Positions 11,946 to 22,969 of a stretch of DNA of 64,000 nucleotides are shown piece after piece. The stretch lies in contig JAAOMT010000372.1 in NCBI GenBank assembly GCA_016748015.1, positions 248,001-312,000 on the forward strand. The letters run 5' to 3'. The stretch comes from Geosiphon pyriformis uo1. Lineage: Eukaryota; Fungi; Glomeromycota. Numbering within the stretch: the stretch's first letter is position 1; every line of letters starts with the position of its first letter. A program made the position numbers and the translations under genes. The notes under the pieces are model-generated. The model was given only the letters and a program-made list of their open reading frames with translations. It ran no database searches and was not told where the DNA came from.

Positions 11946-12026
11946 TTATTTGTTTTTGGGTTTGGGTGTTTTGTAATTATTTACTATTTTTGTCTTTGTG
12001 TTTTTATTAGAAAATTATTGTAAAAT

Positions 12027-13412
12027 TTAAGTGTTCAAGTTTGGTTGTTGTTCTATTATAATTATTGGTTCTAAATTTCGGGGAATATCTTCAGGATTAA
12101 TTAAAGGGGAATGTGTACCAATTTGTGGAATTAATGGTTCAGGATTGTTTCTGGAATGATAGTGTTTTAATCTGTCTCCATGTGCAACTTTTGCTAATAT
12201 TTTGTCATCAAGTCTTAACTTATATGATCTATTGTCTAGAATTTCGTGAATATAAAATGGTCCATTCCATTTGTTTTCAAATTTCTCACTCCATTGTTTT
12301 TCAGCCTTAGTTCTGTGTAAGAGAACTTTATTTCCAACTTTAAATTCGTTGGTAATAGATGGTAATTTGTTGTCATGTCTTTCTTTTTGTTGAGCTTGGG
12401 AATATTCAATATGAGTTGCTGCTATTCTTCTTTTTCCTTCTAGTGTACTAAAAAAAGTGTAGGCTCTTTTTTGGAGTGTCTCTTGAAAGTTTTTTTTATT
12501 GATTGGTTGCACTAGGTATGTTTTCACTATGAAATTAATTGGTAATGTTGCTGTTTTTCCATAAGTAAGATCAAATGGTGTGTGTTTCATAGTATCTTGT
12601 TTTAGTGTTCTGTATGCTAGTAACACTAATGGAATAAAGATATTCCATTCCTGCTCAAAATCTGTTGAGACTTTGGCTAGAGATTCACACAATGTTCTGT
12701 TGAAATGTTCTACAAGTCCATTTGTTTAAAGGTGATAAAGTAATAATAGAGATCTTTTGACATTGAACCGTTCACAAATTTCTTGTATCAAGTTGTTCAC
12801 AAAATGTGTTCCTTGATCAGATAAAAGTTCAATTGGGCATTCATGTCTACAGATAATGTTTTCATAGATGAAATTTGCTACTGATTTTGCATCTGCTCTT
12901 TGGATGGCTCTAGCTTCAGGCCATTTGGTAAGATAATCCACTGCAACTGCAATATAATGATTTTCTTGGGTTGTGATAGATAATGGTCTAACTAAATCAA
13001 TTCCAATTTTGTCAGAAAGTTGTCCAACTTTGATTGGATTTAGAGGTTCTGTGGAGTGAGTTCCTCTTTTTCTTTGACAATTATCACAAGATTCTACATA
13101 TTGTCAAATGTCTTTTTGCATGTGAGGCCAAAAATAATGTTCAAGAGTTCTTTAAATTGTTCTCTCTTTTCCCAAGTATGCTGAAGACGGATCTGTGTGC
13201 ATGTTGTATAAAATTGTTTTTTTTTCATTCTCTTGTACTAATCTGAGTGGCTGGTTTGGTTTTCTGTGATTTTTATAATAAATTTTGTTCTGGTGTATAA
13301 AATATTGTTTTAATTGGTGTTGTAAGTGGTGTTTTTTACTTGAAAACCAGTTTTCTGGCATGGTAAGAGTCTCCAAATAATTTTTAAGATTGCTGTAGTT
13401 TCTGGGATCCAT
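12027..13412 (-). pseudogene. A integrase
   Basis: MHTDP, DYLTKWPEA, LLSDQGTHF, WNGPFYIHE. Confidence 0.9.
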
Positions 13413-13480
13413 TCTTGTTTGGTTATTTTGTTGGTAAGTTGGTAAGTTGTGGTGGAATTGTTGTTGATATTAATCTTGTC

Positions 13481-14858
13481 TTATTCTTGAGAGGCTATCA
13501 ACATTGGTAAGAAGTCATTCCATCGAGACTGTTTGGCACTTTGTTCAGTTTTTTTTTTATTGAGCCATTTGAGGCCAATGTTGTCCATTATTATGTCAAA
13601 TTCTTTTCCATTCTTCAGATATTGTTGAAAATGTTTAAGAGCCCAAATAACTGCAGCAGCTTCTAATTCAGTTGAGCCATATTTGAGTTCTGTTGGCTTG
13701 AGTGTTCTGCTGGCATAGGCAATAACTTGTTCTTGGCCATTTTCATCCAATTGTGATAAGATAGCACCAAATACTATGTGAGGCATCAGTGGCTAATTGG
13801 AATTGTTTGTTGAAGTTTGGGTAAGCAAGAACTGGAGCTGTTGTCAATTTTGTTTTGAGAATTTCAAAAGCTTTTTGTTGTTCTTCAGTCTATTTGTATA
13901 GTACATTTTTGTTGGTAAGATAATTGAGTGGTTTGGCAATTTTTGAGAATCCTTTTATGAATTTTTGATAGTAAGAGGCTAATCCCACAAATTCTCTTAG
14001 TTCTGTAGTATTTCTGGAGATTTGAAAGTTTTTGACAGCACTGATTGTTCCTGGATTTGGTTTGATTCCATCTTTACTAACTATGTGTCCAAGAAAGATC
14101 AAGCTTGTTTTTCTAAAGTGACATTTCTCAATATTTAACTTTAATTCTGCTTTCCATAATCGTTGAAAAACTTCTCACAGGTGAATAAGATGGGCTTCAA
14201 AGCTTGGTGAGTATACATTAGTATCAATAAGATAAACAACTACTGATTACCACAAGAGCCCTTCATAGACAACATCTATGAGTTGCTGAAATGTTGCTGG
14301 TGCATTGCAGAGTCCAAAAAACATAACATTAAACTCATAATTTTCTCCTTGAGTGGTGAATACTGTTTTGGGTCTATCTTTTGGGTCCATTTCGACTTGC
14401 CAGTATTCACTTTTCAGGTTTAAAGTTGAAAAGAACTTGGCTTTTCCTAAAGCATCTAGCATGTCATCAATTCTTGGAAAAGAGTAGGCATCTCCAATTG
14501 TAACACTATTCAGTTGTCTATAATCAACACAGAATCTGACTTTTCCGTTTTTCTTTTTAACTAAAACTACTGGTAAGGCCCAAGGATTTCTTGATGGTTG
14601 AATCAATCTGTTATTGAGCATTCTTTGGACCTCTTTTCTGATGAATTGGTGGCTGGCAGATGGCACTTGATAAGCTTGTTGATGTTTTGGTAGAGCATTT
14701 CCTGTATGGGTCTGATGTTGAACAATGTCTGTTTTTCTCAAGTCATTGTTGTCTTTTGCAAATATATCCACAAATTCAGCTATTAATTGTTTCAATTGTC
14801 TTTGTTGTTGAGGTTCTAAAGGACCCATATTGATTTGAGAGAGTTTTTTTTCCAACAA
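13481..14858 (-). pseudogene. A reverse transcriptase and RNase H
   Basis: PWALPVVLVKKK, RFCVDYRQLN, GLASYY, IAYASRTL, ELEAAA. Confidence 0.92.
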
Positions 14859-15038
14859 ATGATAGTTTTCAGTAGTGGGAATGATATTTGGATTTGGGAG
14901 TAGAGTGTGCTTTACAATTTCGATGAAATTAGAGACAATTTGAGGGTTTTCATCTTGAAAAATATTGCTGTGTATGATTCCAATTTCTAATTTGTTTAAT
15001 AAAACAATAGAGTAATTATTGGGGTTGTAGAATGTAAC

Positions 15039-17159
15039 TCAAAATTTTTTCATTCCTTTGGGAATATAAACATTTGGAATTGATATTTCATGCTTCAAAC
15101 AGATTTGTTCATTGGATTCAAAAATTTGTTGTGTAGTGGTGGATTTTGAGCAAGTGTAAATTTCGTGATGTTCTCCAAAAGATGAAATAGTAATTGGCTG
15201 AGGAAGTTGAAGAATCTGGTGAGATTTATTTTGTGTATTAAAAACTATGTTTACTGGAACTGTAAATTGTCCAGTTGAACCAAAACCTTGAGTTCTTTTT
15301 TTACTTTTTTCCAATTGTTCTCTGTTGTTTACTGATTGTAAACCTGAAATGTTGATTAAAGGTAAGTAAATTGCTTGAGCAATTTTTTCAGCATGTTCAA
15401 TTTTGAATGGTTTGTCTGTCTCATTCTGTAACATGATGGTAATGTCTCCAGTATATCCTGCATCTATAACTCCTCTTCTAATATTGATTCCTTTGCTTGC
15501 CAATGATGATCTGGAGGCAATTTGAATAATTGCTCCTGGTAGAATTTCAAGAGCAATTTTTAGATTGATTTTTGTCAAAGACTTTGGTTGGAGAATCAAA
15601 GTATCTTTTTCTTGGTATCTTAGGTCATATCCAGCATCAATTTCGTGTGCTTTTTCTGGTCTGATTCCTTGGCCATGGTTGTCAAAATATTTAAGTTGTA
15701 GAGGTGGTTGCTTTTCAAGAAGATAGATGGGAGTGGTTGGTAGTTCTTCTACTAGTTCAGATACTCTAAATTTGATTTCATTTTCATCATTTTCATCATT
15801 CTCATCTGGCAGAGGAATGCTAAGAGCATAACATTCTAAACACCATTGGTTATCACAAGGCATAACACATTCTTCACACAATTGAATGTTTATTTGCTCT
15901 AATCGTTGAATTTGAGCTTCTTTGGTCGGATATGTGTGGCTTGCAATTTGGTGGTAGGTTTCTACTTCATCTTCATATTCAAATCCAGCTAATTCTATGA
16001 TATACTCAATATATTCAGCTTTTTTTATTTGGCAGACATCTTCTTGGATGGCTTCATTGATCAATGCTATTGCTAAGTCAAAAATCATTTCAGCATCATG
16101 AGGATAGGAGTAAAGTTTATTGAGAGCACTGTTGTATGCTGCATTAAATAGTGTTTCTCTTCTGACTTTTTCCGAAATTGATAGAGCATATTGACAGGTT
16201 TGATCACATACTCCTCTTTTCATTACTACATCAATCCAATTGCATTCTTCTGGTAGCATTTCTCCACATGTAAGACAAGGTGTGTTGTCCCATTTTCCAC
16301 TTCTTTTTGGAGATCCAAATTGTTCTCTATGGCATGCTTTGCAAAAGTAATAGGTACGAGTTTCATATTCCTCTTCTAGAGAAATACATGCTCCCATTGA
16401 TGAAAGTTTTTTGTTGCAATCTTTGCATTTAAGTAGAATATAGGGTGGTTTTTTCCGTGGTTCTGGTGTAAAATATCTAACTTTTTTCCATCCCCTTGAT
16501 TCTTCAAAAATCTCTTGTTCAGTTTTTTCAGCCCAATTGGATGTTAATCCAAGAGCCATGTAGGTTTCAGTAAGTGGTATTTCTTTCTCCTCTTCAAATT
16601 CAAATACTGGAGCTTTTTCTGATCGTTTGTTAAAGGTATCACAGATTGCAGGTACTATGGTATATTGTCCTTGGTATAAGATTTTAAGTTTTTGAGTTTC
16701 CCAGTTCAGGTTTGCATTGGCCTTGAGAAGCCAATCATTTCTGACTAGAGCTTGGTATTGGGGTGCATCCATAACAAGAACTTTAACTGGAATGGTGATT
16801 CCATCAATTGAAAAAGGGAAATCATCAATTTTTCCTACTGGAGTCTTCTTTATACCATCAGCTGTGACAATAACTGTTTGAGCTGGTCTGTCTACATTTT
16901 GTTTGAGTTGTTGCATCAGCTGGTAAGTGATGATACTTCCAGCTAATCCACTATCTAAGATTAAGTGAATGGGTTTTCCTTCTACTGTAGCTTCTGTGTA
17001 CATAGCAGTAATTGCTTTCTGTTTATTAACTGCTGCATTACTAAGCAGAAATGGTGATTCATTTGCTTCAAATTCAAATGGAAATATATCTGACAGATTA
17101 GCATTTTGGGCAATTTGAGCTGGTGGAATGATGTGGTTGGAAGGGTTTGATCTTAGCAC
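15039..17159 (-). pseudogene. A protease, Cys-rich domain, dUTPase and linker (706-codon open segment of pol)
   Basis: LILDSG protease. CKDC/CKAC/CLTC/CDQTC/CEEC..C...CLEC clusters. dUTPase at about 15270-15705 (DAGYDL, ASRSSLASKG, GVIDAGYTG, GFGSTG). Confidence 0.92.
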
Positions 17160-17189
17160 TGCAACTTCATCTTCAGAAAGTGCAGTTTG

Positions 17190-19052
17190 TTAAAAATTCG
17201 ATTCCTCTGGTATTGTAAGATAACTGGGTTGAGTGTGATAGTGATTGGGTCTTTGCTGACCCGAATTTCGGGGAACCAACTGGTTATTTGGATTGATTCT
17301 GTTGTGGTTATTTTGCAATTGATTTTGGGGTGTGAATTGGTTATGTTGAACCAATCTTCTTGCTGGTACTTGATATTGTTGAGTGGGTGGTGTCTGATAT
17401 GGCTGAATTGGTAAAGGTTGCTGATATTGTTGCTGCATTGATTGTGGAGCTGGTGGATAGTAGTTTTGATTTTGTGGTCTTGGTAAATAATAGGTTGGTG
17501 GTAGAGATTGGTAATAGGATTGTTGTGGTGAAGAGTAACGTTGATTACTCCTGTTTTGTTGGTCTCTTTGCAATTTCCTACAATCTCGTTTCCAGTGTCC
17601 TGAAATTCCACAATAATGACAATTTTGAGATTGGTTGTTGAATGGTGATCCAAAATTGTTTTGGTTGCGTTGTTGTGAGGGTTGATATCTTTGTGGTTGT
17701 TGTTGCTGTTGTTGTTGGTTTGTGAAGTAGCTTTCAACTTTTTTTGTGAGTTGGTCTATCTTCTCTTCAGCTGCTGAACTGGTTTCTCCAATTGTAAGGT
17801 TTACAAGCTTGGTGTGATTTGCTTCTTCCATTGCCATTTCATAGCTTTTTGCATGTCTAATAGCAGTTGCTAAGTCTACTGGAGCATGTGGACAAACTTT
17901 CTTAATCAGTTTGTCTTTTAACCCTGCTATAAACTGATCCAGAATTTGAGCATCAGAATAGTAGTCATTGGTTTCCAATTGTCAGATTTGTCTGAGAAGT
18001 TTGTTAAATCTTCCAAGATAGGTCATAACAAATTCAGATGTTTCTTGTTTAATATTGCAAAAGTGGTTTCTGAGAGTAATAGAGGTATTGTTGTTGGTGA
18101 ATTGTTGTAGAAAAGCATCTTTGAATGCTTGCCAGTTTTCAAATGGTTCTTCTAAATTTTCAAACCATTCTCCTGCTGTTTTTTGGAGAAAGTAGGGAAT
18201 TGCTTTAAGCATTTTTGCTGCGATCCAACCATTTGCATCTCCTGCTTTTTGAACTTTGTCAAGCCATTCTTGAGAACTGGTATCATTGTCTTCACCAGTG
18301 AATTCTGGGATTTTTGCAATGTAAGCAGTTGCCATTTTTTTTTTGTTTTCTGTAATTTCTTCTGGTTCTGATTTAGTTTCTTCACTTTCCAAGCTTTCTG
18401 AATGATTACTTTCGTTTTCCTGTAAGTAATCAATGATATTGGCACTTGTTGATATTGGTTCTTGCTGTTGAGTAGGGTTTCTAGGTGACTGAAAATCTTC
18501 TAGTCTGGAGAAGTGGTTGAGTGGTGAATTTGGTGTTTGTGGTTGAACAAGTGAAATTGGAAATGGTGTAATAGAAAGTGGTAATTTGATACTGGTTTCT
18601 TGTTTAGGTGTTCACAAGTGTTTGGCAGTTGTCTTTTATAATATTGGAGTGTTTGGAGTGGTTTTTGAGTATTGCTTTAATCTTTGTTTGCCTTTGTTGC
18701 CTGTTTCTGTCTCTGATTCAAAGTCAAAAGAGTATTTAGACTGTACTGAGTATTTTTCTTCACAATACTCAATAATGTTAAAATTAAGTTCTTGGAAGTA
18801 GGTAACAAGTGTTTTACTGTTCAGGTCTTTTGTTCCTAATTGTGAATAGTGCACTAAATTATTGTAGAGATTGCTTCTAACTTCTGAAATATTGTAGTTT
18901 TCAAAAAGATAATTGTTGATATGGTTTTCAATGTATTGGTATACTGATTTCTTTACAACTTCAATTCCGTCTGGAATGTTGAATCTTTGCTTGCAGTGAG
19001 TGTAAATTGACTGGTAATACTCTAGAGTTGCTGTGTTTGGTATGGTCGCCAC
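17190..19052 (-). pseudogene. A gag, in frame with pol
   Basis: MATAYIAKIPEF capsid and CHYCGISGHWKRDC knuckle. The ORF fragments share one frame with pol. Confidence 0.9.
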
Positions 19053-19077
19053 TTTGAATTTGTTGTTACTGTGTTAT

Positions 19078-19095
19078 TTCCGTGGAAGAGCACCA
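19078..19095 (-). promoter_or_regulatory. Primer-binding site of A
   Basis: TGGTGCTCTTCCACGGAA, identical to B. Confidence 0.8.
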
Positions 19096-19097
19096 AA

Positions 19098-20116
19098 TGC
19101 TACCAGAGGTTTTTGGTCTCTTTTTTTAAATGTTGTTGATGCCTGTTTGTTGTGAATTCACGTTTTCTGGATGTAGTTGAACCTCCAATAACTGAATTTA
19201 TCTTCAAATTATCTCTTATAATTTGAACTGTTGGGCTTATAAGTGGAATGGCCAATTTCTTGCCAGTTGCTTTATGTAGTTACATTGTAGTAAACGTCAA
19301 CTCTTTCCTAAAAATTGCTCATCTGGAAGCTCACTAAAATATATAGTTACTTTGCTGTGAAAGTCAACTCTTTTACAGGAATCTTGTCTGTAGGCTACCC
19401 TAATAATTGTAATAAGAAAAGAAAAGAAAAATAAAAGAAATGTAAAAGAAATAGAATTTTGTCAAGAGAAACGTTTTCTATCCAAACCTGGAGTCACTAA
19501 CAGTTTACTGAAATTGGTAGCTAATCAATTTCGAAATGTTAGTTGGATTTTTGGAGATTTTCCAAGTGCAATATTTAAAGAATTTTGGTTTTTTTTTTTT
19601 GAATTATTTGATATTTATTTTTTTTTGTGTGTGTAGGAATGGTTCTAAGTAATAAATCTAAAGTAAGATACATTTTTCAGAAGAGAAAAGCTCTTCTTTT
19701 ATACAACTTGTTGTAGTACTAGTCTATGAACTTGTACTTTTTCTCTTTGCTTCAATTTTGGCAAACTAAAGATACATTTTAATGAACTACAAGTTATTTC
19801 GCTGAACTATTGATTAATTTGGGTGAACTATTCATAATTTCGGCGAATTTCTGTAAATTTCGGTGAATTTCTTATAAATTTCGGCGAATTTCTGTAAATT
19901 TTGGCAAATTTTTGAATGTTACAAAGTTCAGAGTATTGTGTAATTTGATCATCTTACTTTCTGTTATACTAATTAAATTATTTTAATTGAATCGTGATAT
20001 GTGATAATTGATTAAATAATAAATGATAATTTGAAATGATATTAATATACTAATGAATTATAGGAATTATAAGGGTAATTTCATGTTAATTAATAGCTAA
20101 AATTTTACTGGTAATA
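19098..20116 (-). repeat. Element A 5' LTR
   Basis: 1019 bp, equal to 452-986 plus 10859-11342. Confidence 0.95.
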
Positions 20117-20120
20117 GCGC

Positions 20121-20612
20121 AGAGATGGTCAGCTTATAGTATACTTGAATATTACACTAATGAACAATCTAAGCCAGGAGTTAATCTAATAGCAAACATT
20201 ATGCAAATAATAAATGAAAAAGGCATCTCATTCAAAAGCTCTGGTGACACATATGGGGTGTCTGTTTTCTCAAGACCACATACACATTTAATTAAGACAG
20301 TCATAACTTTAGGTGTGGCCTATGTTAAAGTTAGAAGTTTATTGAGGAAAGAGAACATTTTGTATTTACATCAGATTCAGAACAAAGACAGATCATTGAT
20401 GACATGGATGGATTTCACAAGGAAGTACAGACAAAGCAACAGTGGTAGAATTCCCAAATGGTTTAAGATTTTAGAGTTCACAATCATTATGAATGAGTAC
20501 AGAGACATTAATGTAGCCCAATGTAAAGCAATGGAGATGTGCAAAATAGATTACCAGATACCAGATAACCTAGATACAATACAAAGAGACTCTATTTATA
20601 TCCAAATTTCTG
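20121..20612 (+). mobile_element. LINE-X ORF2 fragment, right part (truncated)
   Basis: RWSA.SILEY...KVRSLLRKENILYLHQ...SGRIPKWF, matching 36850-37310(-). Confidence 0.9.
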
Positions 20613-20656
20613 AACTCTTGGATACAAAACTCATTTCACTTTAAGTATTATATATC

Positions 20657-21591
20657 AACTCTTTCTTTTCTAAATTTTATGACCACAAATAGGGCTAAAA
20701 GTAAAAAAGTTGCAAATGTTACTTTTCCTATAGTAACTAATAAAGTTTCAACACAAGAGGGTCTCTCTGTTATTGAAGCAGCTAGACAAAACATTCTGGC
20801 TACATTTTCTTTGAAAAATACTAGTGATAAGCTGTCTTTAATGGCTTCTGGTTTATTTTCTTTACCTTTGGCTGGTGGTTTTTTTTCAGTCAAAATTCCT
20901 TCCAAAAGACACATTTGGATTAGTCCCAGTATTGTCTCTACTATTTCTAAAAGCCCAAAGATTTTTAATAACAGACCAGTCAACAAGTTGGTTTTTCCTG
21001 CTTTTACCACTCTCATTACTACTACTACTACTGCTTCACAAATGGCTGCGAAAGCAAAAAATTCCAAAAAACAGCAGCAGACAGTTACAACTGCTATGGT
21101 CACACCGAACCCCTTTGTGGTTCCAGATGAGATCTTGGATAAGATCTCCACAGCAGCAGCCAGCCTTCTTTCTGATATGGATGGCAACAGCAGCAGCACA
21201 TCTTCTAAGATGGGCCAAGATCAACTACTGGCTGTGTTGTCTAAAGTGGTACTCTCTGGCAGATCATCCCCAATCCCAGTAGCAAAACAGTCCATTAATC
21301 CAGATGATCTTAAAGACTGGGCTGATCAGATAAAAATGAAATCAACTGTCCCCTCCCAGTTTCTGGTGCTGCTAATAGTGGTGCTTGGGAAAATGTGAAT
21401 GGTCATCAGAGGTTTTTTGGTTGGGTGGTCTCCAATCTAGTACCTGGTGCCATATTTAAGATCAAGATGGCCCTTCTTTGTTCCTTGTTTCAGCTGCTGC
21501 CTGGTTGTATTGGGCTTAAGTCAGTTTCACGAAATGCAGTTAAGTTGTTCTGTGTGGAATTTGCATTTCAGGAGAGTTTAACTGGTGCTAC
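20657..21591 (+). mobile_element. 5' part of an ORF1-only LINE family copy (HL-a), truncated by the C1 insertion
   Basis: ORF from ATG 20679 (MTTNRAKSKK) is colinear with 44830-45760(-). Confidence 0.85.
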
Positions 21592-22247
21592 TATTATGGG
21601 TTGGAGTAACAAGCTAATGGATAGCAAGGGAGAACAGGATTGTAGGGTGATGAAAATAATCAAAAGAGGAATTCAACTTTAAAGAGTAAATTGAATGAGT
21701 ATGATTCAATGTGTGAGATCAGTCTCATAAAATATCTCAGTCGTTATTCTTTTCAAAAGTAACTGAGAAATCTGAAGATAGAGGGATAGTCCATACTGTC
21801 AACAATTGATCACCGCTGGTATTAATTCTATGCCTTCACATTGGCACTCTTAGAATTCAATATCAGGTATCAACTTGTGCTCTTTAGTCACATTTATATA
21901 AATAGTCTTCAAATACTACAATTTTTCAAACAGGAAAAGACCAACAAGTAATCTTTTATCCTAAGATATTCGGATACTTGAAAGTAGAAAAAGGGAAATT
22001 AGCGATAAGAGAGTGATTGAGATAAAAGTTGTTATTTTTATTTATTTGATTCTTGTCTGAGAGATGATTTTCTACAGCTAAGAGACTCATTGCTTATATA
22101 GCTAATGAAAGTGATCAATGACCAGGTAAACGACTAGGTCAATGATCAGGTCAATAATCACTATCTAAAAATAGAGTGGCTAATTATATGACATCAGTGA
22201 CTAATACATGTGATAATTAATAAAAATTATGGGTTTTAACCATAACA
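21592..22247 (-). repeat. C1 3' LTR (656 bp)
   Basis: Homologous to 46018-46673, 56226-56953 and the C3 LTRs. Confidence 0.92.
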
Positions 22248-22969
22248 TCATCCTCTCCAAAGAGATTGAGCTCTGGCAAAATCAAGCTATTTATAAGGTA
22301 TTCTAATTGAAGAGTTTTGTCTAACTCAAAACTAACTAGTTTGTTGAAGTCTTTTGTGGATAGAGTGTATAATACTTGAGGCAAAATAAGCTTTGTATCC
22401 AAGAGACCAAATCTTTGTATAAGAGTTTTGGCTCTTCTTGCGATGGTCAAAACTCTTGGGACATTTAAACATATAATGCCCAAAATTTCCACTTGTATCG
22501 CAGAAGTTGTTTTCTTCATGAGCTTTATGTCTTCTATGATTTTACCAAGACGACCATAGAATTCTAGTTGCCTTTCATATAACAAGTTTTTGTCTATGGG
22601 CAAGATTTCCTTAATTGTTTTTCCAATTGTTATGGAAGGTATAAGTATTGCTGCTGTTATGCTTTCCAGCAAATACTTATCCATTTTGCTATCAATTTTT
22701 TCTCTTCTGGTAGTGGTTTTCTTTGGTCTAATAACAGTATGTGTTCCACTATTATCAGTTATGGTGGTTTGTTTTCCAATGGTCAGAGTAGCATTTGGAT
22801 AATTTTTGATCCAGTACTTATGGAGAGTGTAGAAAGTGTTTTGAATGTTTTGATCTAAGAAATAATTGTTTATATCAATTGAAAATACCTCTGTTTTGGA
22901 AATGATGCATTTATTTATATCTGATTTTTGTTGATTATTTGGGTTGGTATTACCACAACAGATAACCAA
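22217..22969 (-). CDS. Accessory ORF of C1 (up to 250 aa, TTG start, stop inside LTR)
   Basis: Open frame after integrase, homologous to 33842-34593(+). Confidence 0.65.
   Translation of the reverse strand: MVICCGNTNPNNQQKSDINKCIISKTEVFSIDINNYFLDQNIQNTFYTLHKYWIKNYPNATLTIGKQTTITDNSGTHTVIRPKKTTTRREKIDSKMDKYLLESITAAILIPSITIGKTIKEILPIDKNLLYERQLEFYGRLGKIIEDIKLMKKTTSAIQVEILGIICLNVPRVLTIARRAKTLIQRFGLLDTKLILPQVLYTLSTKDFNKLVSFELDKTLQLEYLINSLILPELNLFGEDDVMVKTHNFY

Larger units (their letters stand above)
452..20116 (-). mobile_element. Ty3/Gypsy LTR retrotransposon A (dUTPase-bearing, degenerate), contains element B
   Basis: Two 1019-bp LTRs (left one split). 4-bp TSD GCGC at 448-451 and 20117-20120. 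PBS and PPT present. Order gag-PR-dUT-RT-RH-IN. Confidence 0.95.

Noticed and set aside
11440-12010. ORFs of 178 and 183 aa
   Set aside because: Artefacts of the N gap.
12027-12200. Integrase chromodomain
   Set aside because: The C-terminus after RLKHY is a short Pro/Ile-rich tail without chromodomain aromatic motifs.
15270-15705. Host dut gene
   Set aside because: It is in frame within pol, intronless, and repeated in three retroelements.
22217-22969. Env gene
   Set aside because: Right position, but no signal peptide, TM anchor or fusion-protein features.
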